From: a virus
IMG/VR virus record: IMGVR_UViG_3300046167_000870
Strand: one strand, 5' to 3'
Length of the DNA stretch: 64,000 nt
The notes under the pieces are model-generated. The model was not told the DNA's origin, did no database searches, and was given only the letters and a program-made list of their open reading frames with translations. A program made the position numbers and the translations under genes. This document shows, piece after piece, positions 41,264 to 51,852 of the stretch (position 1 is its first letter; every line of letters begins with the position of its first letter).

Positions 41264-42028
41264 ACTGATCTTTTTACTGTTGTTTTAAAGCTTTGTGTAG
41301 CTGGTTTATGTTTGGGATTTTCAATATCAAATATACTTTTTACTGCTTTATAAATATCTATATTTTCTTCTTGAGTTCTTGGTGACTCATATACTTCCCA
41401 ATTTTTACCTTTTAATCTAGTACCTGATCTATCAGCTCCTCTAGATTTTGATTTTAACCATAATACACCTACACGATCAGCTGTTTTACCAAAACATTCT
41501 TTATAACATTGAGCATAAGCTGCACCCTGTAGATCATAAGTTGTTTGTAAATGGTTACTAGTTTTAAAATCAATAACCCCATAATTCACCATCAATTTCA
41601 CAAATTAAATCACAAGTACCAGCTACTTTAAGTTCTTCACTAAATAAATGTACCTCTGTTTCAATTAATGTTGGTTTATGTGTTTCCCAAAAGTCAACAA
41701 AACGTAAAAACATTTGCCATACATTAGGATCCATTTTTGGATAACCACTATCATTTAGATAAGTTAATTCCGCTCCTGTAAAATACTCTTCAATCATTTC
41801 ATGTACCTTAGTACCTTCTTCTGATGCCTTCTTAACAATCCAATCTGCACTATGCCCTACCTTTTTTAGCCAGTCTTGAAAATACTTGCCTTTTGGATAA
41901 CAATTTAAAACATAAGTAATAGATGGATAATATTCACCATTACGTCTGTAATACCTTGAATCTGGTAAGGTAATTTGTTTGTGATCGTCTGAGATCTCTA
42001 GAATTCTGTTGTAAGATTTCTTTATCAT
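41260..42028 (-). CDS. PD-(D/E)xK exonuclease (one +1 indel at 41577-41580)
   Basis: YPSITYVL, GTKVH, AGTCDLICEIDGELW/VIDFKTS, LQGAAY; span 769 = 3n+1. Confidence 0.85.
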
Positions 42029-42954
42029 ATAGATAGTTTTTGTTCCATTAAATTATAATAGGTTAAAGGAACTGTTTTTTGAATCAGTTTTGTGAAATTT
42101 TTAAAACCCATTTCACTCGGATCCTTATCTTGTAAATCTACAAGATAGACTTCTTTACCTTCTGCCATTAATTTTTCACAGAATTTTAAAGCTTGTTTAA
42201 TTGCATCCCTATCTAACGCAATATAAATTTTGTCTACTACTGAAGTAACTATTTTCTTCATTAAGTTACTTTGAATGTTTTTACCTAATAAAGGTATTGC
42301 ATTTCTTTTTATAGCCATAGCATCAAATAGTCCCTCACATAATATAATTGGTAAATTCCAATTAATAAAATGTTCGTTAGGGATTATGTCTCTTGATACT
42401 TGAGGATTTCTATATTTTATAAATGCATCCTTTTCAAATGAACGGGCGGTATAATAATTTATATTTCCATCTTTATCATAAGTTGGTAATATAATCATGT
42501 TTTTATATAAACCATCTTCACAATAACCAATATTATATTTACTAATATCCGTCATACTAATACCGCGTTTATTTAAATACGCTAAGGCATGGCGTTTAAT
42601 TATACTATTGTTATCTGACTGGTCTAAACGTGTATATTCGCTTGGTAATTTTAATACATTTACAACTTTTTCTTTAGTAGTATATGTAACATCCTTTACA
42701 TAAGTTTTTGCTTCAGCTATTTTATCTTGTGATGCTCCTGCTTTTCTAAGTAAATGTAATATGGATTTACCTTTTTTATCACATACCCAACAATGCCATG
42801 GATTATTACCTTCTTTATTTTCAGTAAAATTAATTTCTAATTTAGGTTTGTGATGATTACAATGAGGACAAGTATATGCCATATTGCCACGGGCAGTCTG
42901 CTTGCCTGTACCTAATACTGAATTTACTAAAGTAACTAATAACTGGTTTACCAT
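42025..42954 (-). CDS. DNA primase (Zn ribbon + TOPRIM)
   Basis: CPHC..WHCWVC, LCEGLFDA, ALDRDA, KDPSE; start 42954 chosen because it lies behind promoter 42962-42992. Confidence 0.9.
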   Translation of the reverse strand: MVNQLLVTLVNSVLGTGKQTARGNMAYTCPHCNHHKPKLEINFTENKEGNNPWHCWVCDKKGKSILHLLRKAGASQDKIAEAKTYVKDVTYTTKEKVVNVLKLPSEYTRLDQSDNNSIIKRHALAYLNKRGISMTDISKYNIGYCEDGLYKNMIILPTYDKDGNINYYTARSFEKDAFIKYRNPQVSRDIIPNEHFINWNLPIILCEGLFDAMAIKRNAIPLLGKNIQSNLMKKIVTSVVDKIYIALDRDAIKQALKFCEKLMAEGKEVYLVDLQDKDPSEMGFKNFTKLIQKTVPLTYYNLMEQKLSI

Positions 42955-42961
42955 AACGATA

Positions 42962-42992
42962 TAATATACATTAATGTATTTTAATTTCCAAA
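42962..42992 (-). promoter_or_regulatory. Bacteroidota-type promoter variant
   Basis: TTTGGA-N15-ATGTATATTA. Confidence 0.55.
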
Positions 42993-43456
42993 GGGTCTTC
43001 ATATTCAATATCCTCTAAATCTTTAGTAAAGAATTTACCTAGGATATTATCATTGAAAAATTCATCCGGTCTTTCTAACACCTGATATAACATTTGGTAT
43101 TTTAATTCAAAATAAGTTAATGCTTTTTTATTAGGTACACATTTTAATATAGTACGTTCAAATTCATCTTTTTTTCCTTCACGTAATAATTGTTTAATAT
43201 CTTTTTGGGAACCATAATAATTCTTCCAATCCGATTCTTTAACTGCTATTTTATATGAAGGGCGACGACCAACTACTCCTGTTAGGGCAGCTAGTTCTTT
43301 TTTCCCAAGTTTTACTTTTTTAGTAAATTGTAAAACTTTTTTTCCGATATATGATTTCCCTGAAGGTATGTGTTTGTTTATATAAACGAATCCATAAGTG
43401 TTTTCTGGGAACTGAGTGATATCGACCATTTTTTGGTTTTGATAGGTCCAACTCAT
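42971..43456 (-). CDS. GIY-YIG family nuclease
   Basis: YGFVYINKHIPSGKSYIGKK...DWKNYYGS...FNDNI. Confidence 0.8.
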   Translation of the reverse strand: MSWTYQNQKMVDITQFPENTYGFVYINKHIPSGKSYIGKKVLQFTKKVKLGKKELAALTGVVGRRPSYKIAVKESDWKNYYGSQKDIKQLLREGKKDEFERTILKCVPNKKALTYFELKYQMLYQVLERPDEFFNDNILGKFFTKDLEDIEYEDPLEIKIH

Positions 43457-43501
43457 AATATTTGTTTTAGTTAATTTAAGTTAACGTAACGTTAATAAAT
43501 A

Positions 43502-44762
43502 TTAATTTTTATTATTTAATATATAATTTTTAGCATATAATACTCTCTTTCCAATGTCAACATTTACATTTTTGACATATTTAGAATGAACCCACCAATC
43601 CTCATATGGGCTATTTTCATCAGGAGAAATATTTTCTGCTACTAAAACATAACCTGCTTCAGTAAGTAATTGTTGAGATTTGCTTTTATAACTTTTAGTA
43701 TTATCACAATAGTAATCATGTTCATATGTAATAACTCCAAATTCTAATTTATCAAATGGAATTCTTTCTAATGTTCTATATGTGTTATATGCAGGATCAA
43801 CATCTAATTGTAAGTAATCTATTTGACGAGTTCCAATATAATTATCTGCAATATCTAGATAGTCAGCTGATAATGAATTTTGATCTAAAATTGTATCAAG
43901 ACTTCTTCTTTTCTTCCATTCCTCTATAAATTCTTTAGATATGTCTAAAGATGCTCCTTTCCATCCCCACTGTGTAAGTAAAAGTGTATTATTACCATAT
44001 GTCGGATGTCCTGCTCCTATTTCTAAATAAGTACCATTTTTCTTTCCATTTAAAGCAGTTAAAGCAAATAAATCCTGATAACATTGTGAATAATTTTCTT
44101 CAACTAAATTTGCACCTTTAAATTTTTTAGATAATGTTTTATAATGTGTTTTTTTATAAGGTAATAAATCATGCCATGTTGTTAATACAGGTCTTTCTTT
44201 AATTAAATCAAAATTAATACAATTATTTATAACAAGTTCTCTATGGTTTTCATCTACATAAGGATCATTATATAATTCTAACCATAATTTATGTGATTTA
44301 TCTCTTTGACCTATATACCAACATACAAATGCTTTTTGAAATTTTAATTCCCAATCACCTTTATAACCAATATCATATGGTAAAGGTTCTTTTCCTATAT
44401 GTTGTAGACCTAAATCAGCATATAAATTAGCAGTTTTCCAATCCTTTCTACTACTATACCATTTACATAAAAATAAATAACCTTCAGGTCTAGTAGGGTA
44501 AATATGCTATAGCCGTTTCTAATTGACCTTTTTCATAATTTGCTCTACGTGTAGTTTTATTTAGTTGGAGCCATGTTTTTAAAATACCATTATAAGCTAG
44601 TATAGGATCAGTATCATGTGTTAATTCTGATGCTCTTAAAAAATAAGATAACGCAGCCGCTCCTTGACCTATGTTTTCATACTCTTGACCTAATTCAGCA
44701 TTTATATAAGGATCTAAAGGATCCTGAATGTATTTGTGTAAATATTCTTTTAGTCTTTCCAT
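43502..44762 (-). CDS. TPR-like + FkbM-family SAM methyltransferase (one +1 indel at 44496-44498; 3' part missing from ORF track)
   Basis: Manual translation 44495->43502 is open and Met-free: NYSQCYQDLF...GTYLEIGAGHP..GNNT...GWKG...IDYLQLDVDP...VITYEHD...PYEDWWV. Span 1261 = 3n+1. Confidence 0.85.
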
Positions 44763-45778
44763 TATAATCCGTTATTTGTCCATGACCTTCTATTTAACCA
44801 CCCTAAATTGTCTAATAATTTAGTTGGCATTTTTAATGCATAAGCAGCATTATCTTGATAACCATATGTAATAATAAAATTATCATCTTTTAAAGCTAAA
44901 CCACAAGCAAATTCAATTTTAGCTGCCATGAATTTAAATGGTTCTGATACTGCTTCTAAATTCCAATCTTTATCCCATATAACAAACCTATGATAATAGT
45001 GAGCATCTTTATGTTGTCCTGGGTTGTGATAAAAATCTACTTCATGTGTTACACATATTCTACTTCCATTTTTCCAAGGTATAACTTGTGACCCTCCTCT
45101 TAATTCAAAAGGAACTTCAGCATTATATTCTTTTGTTATAACAATTTCACTTGTTTTATTAACTGGGTCTATTTTAGCTATTTCTAGGTTATTAGTCCAT
45201 TTGATAAAATGCATTGGCATGTCTAATATAGGCATCCAATTTTTTTCTAAATAAGTTGGTTTTGGTGGTTCAATTCTATCTCTAGTTACTTCTTCACATA
45301 CATTACTAGTCCAATTTATTTCACATAACTCCATTCTACCTTCACCATCAGGTTTTACATCACGTCTTACACCACAAGCATATAATATATCATTCCATCT
45401 AAATACCCTAACATCTTCTAATCCAATAAAAGTCCATACAGGTTTGATATCATGTTTTGAAGTATCAATTTTTTGATGTGTTTTAACTTCTAAAGTATCA
45501 GGGTCTAATTTACATAAATAATTTCCTGTTCTTAATACAACATCATCTTCAGGGTTTAAATAAGCTAAACAACCCCAAACACAATAAAAGTTTTGGTTAA
45601 ATTCACTATGATATAAAGAATAATGTACGTGTCTAATATTAGCTATAATATCATCATTATCATCTATAAAAACCGATACATTACATAAACCGGTACCATC
45701 AGTTAAGTCTCCTGGGATAATGAGAGGTGCTATAGAACCACCATTATCTATTACTAATTTTGCTAAATTATCTATCAT
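44762..45778 (-). CDS. Five-bladed beta-propeller carbohydrate enzyme (GH130/GT91/GT108-like)
   Basis: GLEDVRVF, EKNWMP, RGGSQ, IEFACGL, TYGYQD. Confidence 0.7.
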   Translation of the reverse strand: MIDNLAKLVIDNGGSIAPLIIPGDLTDGTGLCNVSVFIDDNDDIIANIRHVHYSLYHSEFNQNFYCVWGCLAYLNPEDDVVLRTGNYLCKLDPDTLEVKTHQKIDTSKHDIKPVWTFIGLEDVRVFRWNDILYACGVRRDVKPDGEGRMELCEINWTSNVCEEVTRDRIEPPKPTYLEKNWMPILDMPMHFIKWTNNLEIAKIDPVNKTSEIVITKEYNAEVPFELRGGSQVIPWKNGSRICVTHEVDFYHNPGQHKDAHYYHRFVIWDKDWNLEAVSEPFKFMAAKIEFACGLALKDDNFIITYGYQDNAAYALKMPTKLLDNLGWLNRRSWTNNGL

Positions 45779-45781
45779 ATA

Positions 45782-46375
45782 TTATTTATAATGTCCTCCA
45801 CCTAACCATAATACGAAAGATTTTCTGGTTCCCCTAGTAACTGGTGTAACTCTGTGCATCATATAAGAAGGGAATAAAAACACACAACCAGCATTTCTTT
45901 CAGCTTGTATAAAAGGACCGTTCATACTTCCACCTCTAAATAATTCTAAATTACCACCTTCATATTCATCTGGTTCTGATAGTTGAACTGTAATAGATAC
46001 TTTTCTTAATGATAATTCTCTTGGACCTATATCAGCATGCCAATCATAATGACCAGCAGGTGCATGATATTCGGTATATTGAATTTGTTCTGGTATTTGG
46101 TGTAAATCAAATTTCCAAAGTGAATTATTAGCTTCTATAGCCATATTTGCTAGTTTTTCATATAACCAAAACCAATCATCATTTTGAGGAATCCACTTAA
46201 TATTAGATTTTCTATTTGTATCTTTATCACCAGCAGCGGTTGATGCTATATGCCAGGGTAAACTTTTAATGTTTTTAGATATTTTTTTTAATTCATCTTT
46301 ACTAAATCCCTCTTTATAATAGAAGTAATTTTGTGAATCTGTTTGTTCTTGTTCAAATGTATAGTTTAAGTTCAT
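45782..46375 (-). CDS. 2OG-Fe(II) oxygenase (prolyl/lysyl-hydroxylase-like)
   Basis: HYDWHAD, RKVSITVQLS..YEGG, FPSYMMHRVTPVTRGTRKS. Confidence 0.9.
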   Translation of the reverse strand: MNLNYTFEQEQTDSQNYFYYKEGFSKDELKKISKNIKSLPWHIASTAAGDKDTNRKSNIKWIPQNDDWFWLYEKLANMAIEANNSLWKFDLHQIPEQIQYTEYHAPAGHYDWHADIGPRELSLRKVSITVQLSEPDEYEGGNLELFRGGSMNGPFIQAERNAGCVFLFPSYMMHRVTPVTRGTRKSFVLWLGGGHYK

Positions 46376-47265
46376 TATAGATCTTTTATATTAAATATAT
46401 TTTCGGTTTTTGTATATGGGATATTATCCAATGGTTCTTGTAGGTTATAACCACTATAGCAATTCATATCTGTATGTAATTCATAAGGATTAGCTTTAAT
46501 ATTCTCATGAATTTCATAACCTAAAACATCAGGATTTGTTGTTATCCAGCATACAGTAGAAGGTAATTCTAAAGCTGCTGCCATATGTTGTGCAAAACTA
46601 TCTATTAATATCCTTTTATCTGCCTGTAATAATAATGAAATTATACCTCGTAAGTTAAATTCTGCTGGTATTGCTCCTTCATATGATTGAGGTTGACTAG
46701 AATGTTTAATATAATAAATAGTATAATCATCTTTATACTTTTCTATTAATTTTTTAGTTAATTTTAATGGTAAATCTCTTGACCAATTATAATATAAAGG
46801 TTTTGTATAATAACTAATTAGCTGGATATGTTCATTTTTTGCTAATGCTCCACCATGAGGATGGATTACTAATATAGGTTTTTTATTTATTAGCTTTACA
46901 GGAGTATTTTTTTCTTCTTCACTAAGATATAATTTAGGTTTTTCACCATTATATTCTAAATCATACATTTTAGCCCAAATTTCATATATGCTAGCCTTAC
47001 TGCTTATGTAATCGGGTTCATTATAGACCTCCTTTACTAATATTAAACAATTATCTAAATTATTATGTACATATTTTTCTAAAATATCAACTCTTCCTTC
47101 AAAATCAGTTAATATATCTAAGTGGGGATTATTAAAGAATATATCTTTAGCATCTGATATTACTATTATTTTATCATTAGGATATTTCTTTCTAAGTAAT
47201 TCAAGTATTACAGTAGCAATAATATTTTTACCTACCCCTCCGCTTATTTCAAAAACTATATTCAT
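46375..47265 (-). CDS. GT-B glycosyltransferase (GT9-like)
   Basis: GGVGKNI, NNPH, LIDSFAQHMAAALELPSTVCW. Confidence 0.75.
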   Translation of the reverse strand: MNIVFEISGGVGKNIIATVILELLRKKYPNDKIIVISDAKDIFFNNPHLDILTDFEGRVDILEKYVHNNLDNCLILVKEVYNEPDYISSKASIYEIWAKMYDLEYNGEKPKLYLSEEEKNTPVKLINKKPILVIHPHGGALAKNEHIQLISYYTKPLYYNWSRDLPLKLTKKLIEKYKDDYTIYYIKHSSQPQSYEGAIPAEFNLRGIISLLLQADKRILIDSFAQHMAAALELPSTVCWITTNPDVLGYEIHENIKANPYELHTDMNCYSGYNLQEPLDNIPYTKTENIFNIKDL

Positions 47266-47939
47266 GCTTGTATATTAAAATTAATTACTGCTCTTTGTTT
47301 TTTACCATAAAATGGCTCTACAGAATGTACTATATCATGCGGCCAAATTAATAACATTCCTGCTTTAGGCCTAACAAAATGTTTTTCTCCTCTAATATGA
47401 AAAGCAAATACACCACTATAAGGGTGATCTGGGTGAGGTTCTCCATCACTTAAATAATAACCACCTGAATACATTTTAGGTTTTTCTTCTTCATATTGCC
47501 ATCTGTTATGATTATGAGCATTATGTCCTCTACCTTCCGTTGGTTCATAATATTGTAACCAACTTTCTGTTACTGTACCTTCTTCACCTACTAATTCTTT
47601 AAAACCAGCTAATATTCTTCGTTTAATAACATCTACATCTGAGTTTTCTACGTCTAAAAAATCATTAGGTTTAACATAAAATCTACTTCCTATAGGTTGT
47701 AACTCATGACTTTCAATCCATTCTTCTCGCCTATCATAATTAACTTCATATGTAGAATACCTTTCACTATCCCATCTATCAACTAATTCTTGACCCATTC
47801 TCCTTTGTTCTGCATCTAATATTCGTAAACCAAAATCATAAGCTTTATTAGTTACAATATCATCTTCATATATCCTTTTGTAAACAGGGATAGGTGCTAA
47901 ATTAAATATATTTTCCTTATTCGTTGGATGAAATATCAT
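47262..47939 (-). CDS. 2OG-Fe(II) oxygenase (TIGR02466-like)
   Basis: HNAHNH, SGGYYL, PKAGMLLIWP..HSVEP..RAVINFN. Confidence 0.85.
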   Translation of the reverse strand: MIFHPTNKENIFNLAPIPVYKRIYEDDIVTNKAYDFGLRILDAEQRRMGQELVDRWDSERYSTYEVNYDRREEWIESHELQPIGSRFYVKPNDFLDVENSDVDVIKRRILAGFKELVGEEGTVTESWLQYYEPTEGRGHNAHNHNRWQYEEEKPKMYSGGYYLSDGEPHPDHPYSGVFAFHIRGEKHFVRPKAGMLLIWPHDIVHSVEPFYGKKQRAVINFNIQA

Positions 47940-48513
47940 AGTTTTCTAAAGTTGTTATATCCGAGTCTTCACCTGGGTTATGACCAAAATACGAAATATT
48001 TGCCTGGTCTCCACGGAAATCTTTAGATTTTCTTAAATCCCAAAACGCCCAATCTAAACCTCGTCTTAATTTAGAGACATTTTCTACATAATCAATCATC
48101 TTTTTAGCACCTTCAGGCCATACAATATAAGCTGCTACACTAGGTTCATTTGGAATAAACCAAAAGGCATCTAAATCTGTTACTGATGCTAATGTCTCAA
48201 AATAATTTTCTGGTGTTTTTTCGTCTTCATTTAAGAATACATCATCTTCAAATATAAAGAATGGTAAATCTTGTTTTGAACATTCTTCTAATAAATTTAA
48301 ATGCATATATTGAGCACAAACCATAGATGGGATATGTATTCCATATTTTTCGTAATCATTGCCTTTAATAAATTCTTTATCAAATTCTGTTAGTTCATAA
48401 GTTTTTCCATCTATTCCATCACAAAATTCAAAATCTATATGTTGGAACATATGAGCTATTTTTTTACGTCTGTCTTCACGTTTTGGAAGAGATATTACTT
48501 TTAATTTATACAT
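47917..48513 (-). CDS. GT25-family glycosyltransferase
   Basis: VISLPKREDRR, DGIDG, C..MH..L, IFEDD, AYIVWPEGAKK. Confidence 0.85.
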   Translation of the reverse strand: MYKLKVISLPKREDRRKKIAHMFQHIDFEFCDGIDGKTYELTEFDKEFIKGNDYEKYGIHIPSMVCAQYMHLNLLEECSKQDLPFFIFEDDVFLNEDEKTPENYFETLASVTDLDAFWFIPNEPSVAAYIVWPEGAKKMIDYVENVSKLRRGLDWAFWDLRKSKDFRGDQANISYFGHNPGEDSDITTLENYDISSNE

Positions 48514-49288
48514 GCTCTAAATAGGGTTTATAGTTAATTTTATTTTTTATATATTTATTAAATCTTTTTTGTGTTACTGATATAGTATAATTTTGATATT
48601 TTAATTCTTCATCTGATACACCTAATACATAATCAGGTTGGTATTCATTTATATATTCTTCTAGTGAACAATTAGCATATTTCCACATTGCAAATTCTTC
48701 TACTAATCCTTTTATATCATTTTCTTCTACTATTTTAAGTAAATCTTTACCTAAATCTTTATTTCTAGAATAAACACAACCAAAGTTAGGAATGATTAAA
48801 GCATCTTGCCATACCCAATGATAATGTTGTATTTGTGATTCTAATGTTGATAAATCATCAATTAAATTAAAATAAGTTTCATCATAATGTAAAATTGGGT
48901 GATGGTCAGGTATTGCTTCTAGTAATGCAAACATAGGTTCTTTATAATGAGCATATAAAGGGATTTGAGTTTCCTTTTGCCTCAGTAAATTATAAAAATC
49001 TTTATCTAATGGTTTTAAAATAAGACAATCCCAATCTAACATTAATACTTCTCCCCAATGTTTTAGAGCTATATCTAATACTTGTAATTTTTTCCCATAT
49101 ATGTTATTACCTGAGTAATTATTATCTCCCATAGCAACACAAGCGTATCCTCTTGATTCTAATTCCTCTTTATTTTTATCACCCCAAACATATACTATTT
49201 CATTATTATATAAAGGTTTTATTGGAACATCTTCCCATTTATCTGAGTCATTACCCCACCAACTTCTTATTATTTTTATATTAGACAT
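48506..49288 (-). CDS. Putative GT-A nucleotide-sugar transferase (paralog A)
   Basis: GEVLMLDWDC DxD motif, PNFG, EEFA, terminal YLEHV. Confidence 0.6.
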   Translation of the reverse strand: MSNIKIIRSWWGNDSDKWEDVPIKPLYNNEIVYVWGDKNKEELESRGYACVAMGDNNYSGNNIYGKKLQVLDIALKHWGEVLMLDWDCLILKPLDKDFYNLLRQKETQIPLYAHYKEPMFALLEAIPDHHPILHYDETYFNLIDDLSTLESQIQHYHWVWQDALIIPNFGCVYSRNKDLGKDLLKIVEENDIKGLVEEFAMWKYANCSLEEYINEYQPDYVLGVSDEELKYQNYTISVTQKRFNKYIKNKINYKPYLEHV

Positions 49289-50039
49289 GCTCGAAATAAT
49301 TAGTTATATCAACTTTAGTATCTAACCATTTACTAAATTTTCTTGATAGTTTATGTATTCTAGTATCATATATTATCATTTGATCTGATCTACCTTTTAC
49401 TACTCGAGGAACATATTTTTCAATATATTCTTCTAAAGTACAATCAACATAAATTAAAGTAGCAAATTCATCTACTACACTATTTAAATTATGTTCTAAT
49501 GCTATATCAACTAATTTTTTACCAAATGATTTATCTCTACAATATACAAAACCAAAATTAGGAGCTATTACTCCCTCTTCCCATTCCCATCCATACTTAT
49601 TCATTCCTACTTCTAAATCTTCTAATTCTCTTAATAATGAGGGACTTTGATCTTTTACTAACATCTCCAATACAGCATTTTTAGTATCTTTATGTTGAAT
49701 GTATAATGGTATTTGTATTGGTTTTTCTTTTAAAGAATCATAAAAGTTTTTATCAAATGGTTTTAATATAAAACAATCCCAATCTAATAATAATACTTCA
49801 CCAAATTCTTGTAATGCTAAATCTAAAGCTTGTAATTTTCTTCCAAATTTATTATATCCTTTTTTACCATCAAATTTTGTATCTTTTACTAATTTAGCTT
49901 CATATCCCAGTTCTTGAATAAACCAAAATGATTCATAATCAAAACAGTATACTACTTCTTGTTCAGGATATAATGGTATTCTGGGTATTTCATGGTTTAC
50001 ATTACCACCCCATAATACTCTAATTATTTTTATTTTCAT
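49281..50039 (-). CDS. Putative GT-A nucleotide-sugar transferase (paralog B)
   Basis: GEVLLLDWDC, PNFG, DEFA, YFEHV; clear paralog of 48506-49288. Confidence 0.6.
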   Translation of the reverse strand: MKIKIIRVLWGGNVNHEIPRIPLYPEQEVVYCFDYESFWFIQELGYEAKLVKDTKFDGKKGYNKFGRKLQALDLALQEFGEVLLLDWDCFILKPFDKNFYDSLKEKPIQIPLYIQHKDTKNAVLEMLVKDQSPSLLRELEDLEVGMNKYGWEWEEGVIAPNFGFVYCRDKSFGKKLVDIALEHNLNSVVDEFATLIYVDCTLEEYIEKYVPRVVKGRSDQMIIYDTRIHKLSRKFSKWLDTKVDITNYFEHV

Positions 50040-50997
50040 GATATTTGTCCCAATGTTTTTGCCATCTTACATCTTTTGTAAAAACTTCTCCAACCTTAAA
50101 ATCGTCAACTAATTCTCTAAACCATTTTTCTGTTTTTAAATGCATAGTGTTAATTTTATCTAACCAAATATGTTTAAAATTAACTTCTTTTTCTAAATCT
50201 GGGTTTTCAGGTAAGTACCATTTTTCTGCTTTACCTTTATATCTTGTATGAGGTTCAACACAATTATGATGTGATAATGATATTTTATTAGTTAAAGTAT
50301 TTACATGATAATCGTTTTCTCTAATAATATGACCTAAAATACCTTGATCAGTTAATAACCAAAACCATTCAGGTATATTTTCACCATTAGTTGTAACTAA
50401 TTTTTTATGCCATTGATGATATTCTTTTAATAGTTCTATGTTATTAAAACATAAGAATGATGTATTAGGTGACCAATCATCTACATTATAATTTTCAATC
50501 CAAGGTATATGAGTAATTTCTCTTTCAAATTTTTCTTTATCAAAGTAATAATAACCTCTACCTATTTCCCAATGTGCTATCGTTAAATCGTTAGTTCTAA
50601 CATATTCAGGTAATTTTTCTTTGATTATCATATCATTATCAAGGAATACAAAAGGTTCTGTTTGATTTGCTAAACATTTTATTTTACCACTTGTCCAAAA
50701 ATAAGCTGCATCTACTTTTGATTTTGAATAACTATTTAAAAAATCTATATCTACCTCATCATATAGATCTAATATTTTAAATCTATGATAAAAAGCTGCT
50801 CCTACAGAATCAGTATATAATTTAATAGGACCATTATGTCTTTGCCAATTTACTATAGATAATACTGTATATAGAATTTGATGATCAGTCATATTGTATG
50901 TGTCTGATTCTAGTCCCCTCATGGATTCAAAACCATGGCCTCTTAACCTCTCTTTATGAAAGTAAGGTTTAGTCCAATTAACGTGTATAGCCTTCAT
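50020..50997 (-). CDS. Putative GT-A transferase (DUF6734-like)
   Basis: LYTD, FWTSGKIK..QTEPFVFLDND, DQGIL, FKHIW. Confidence 0.6.
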   Translation of the reverse strand: MKAIHVNWTKPYFHKERLRGHGFESMRGLESDTYNMTDHQILYTVLSIVNWQRHNGPIKLYTDSVGAAFYHRFKILDLYDEVDIDFLNSYSKSKVDAAYFWTSGKIKCLANQTEPFVFLDNDMIIKEKLPEYVRTNDLTIAHWEIGRGYYYFDKEKFEREITHIPWIENYNVDDWSPNTSFLCFNNIELLKEYHQWHKKLVTTNGENIPEWFWLLTDQGILGHIIRENDYHVNTLTNKISLSHHNCVEPHTRYKGKAEKWYLPENPDLEKEVNFKHIWLDKINTMHLKTEKWFRELVDDFKVGEVFTKDVRWQKHWDKYHENKNN

Positions 50998-51852
50998 TTA
51001 GTCTTTTTGTTTTATTATCCAGTCATCATATAAACTCCATTTATCTTTTTGTATAGAGTTAATACACCTAAATAAATACATCATTTCAGTATGATCTATT
51101 TCTTTTTTTAACACACCATAATGCTTGTAATATAATGAAGATTCTTTGAGATTCCAAATACCTCCATCATCTACTATAGTACCATAATCTACATCTTTAC
51201 AATTAAAAACGTTTTTGGATAATGTTTTATGTGGGATATTTTCTTTATATAACATTTGTTTTAACATAAACTGTTCAGACAATATCATATAATTAGTATC
51301 CTTTACTCCCATTGAAGTAAATTCTTTATGATTTTGTAAAGTTTGTTTAGCGTATTTATTAGCAAATTTATAATCAGGAAGATAGAATAAAGATACATTT
51401 GCTGCTCTATCAATTATATAGTCAATTGGTGTTGTTAATCCTTTACAATATTTAGTATTTTCTTTAGGATACCAATTATCTGATAATTCGTTATATGTAA
51501 ATAGAACATTATCATTTAAATGTTCATCTATGTTTTTAAATATTAAAAAATCATGATCAACAATTAGTATTGGGTTTGTTGCTTTACTTATTATTTTTGT
51601 TTTACTACTTGACCAAAATACTTCCCTATCAATTTCATCATCATACTTTAAAGGTTTTATTTCATCAAATAAATCAAGTAATGGTGTTCCTTTATAATAA
51701 TCTTTAGTAAGATCATCAGCATATAGTACTGTTTTATGGTTAGGGTGATACCTTTTCCATAAACAGACGGATGCTGCTAATAGTAGTGTAAATTGTTTTG
51801 TATAAAAATCTTCAGAACGCTTAACGTTTTCAATTACCCATAATACTTCCAT
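50998..51852 (-). CDS. Putative GT-A transferase (DUF6734-like paralog)
   Basis: LYADD, FWSSSKTK..PILIVDHD, SEQFML, YKHYG; likely start ATG 51852. Confidence 0.6.
   Translation of the reverse strand: MEVLWVIENVKRSEDFYTKQFTLLLAASVCLWKRYHPNHKTVLYADDLTKDYYKGTPLLDLFDEIKPLKYDDEIDREVFWSSSKTKIISKATNPILIVDHDFLIFKNIDEHLNDNVLFTYNELSDNWYPKENTKYCKGLTTPIDYIIDRAANVSLFYLPDYKFANKYAKQTLQNHKEFTSMGVKDTNYMILSEQFMLKQMLYKENIPHKTLSKNVFNCKDVDYGTIVDDGGIWNLKESSLYYKHYGVLKKEIDHTEMMYLFRCINSIQKDKWSLYDDWIIKQKD

Noticed and set aside
42971-43456. Mobile homing endonuclease
   Set aside because: A short single GIY-YIG domain with no DNA-binding repeats or intron context; more likely a resident nuclease.
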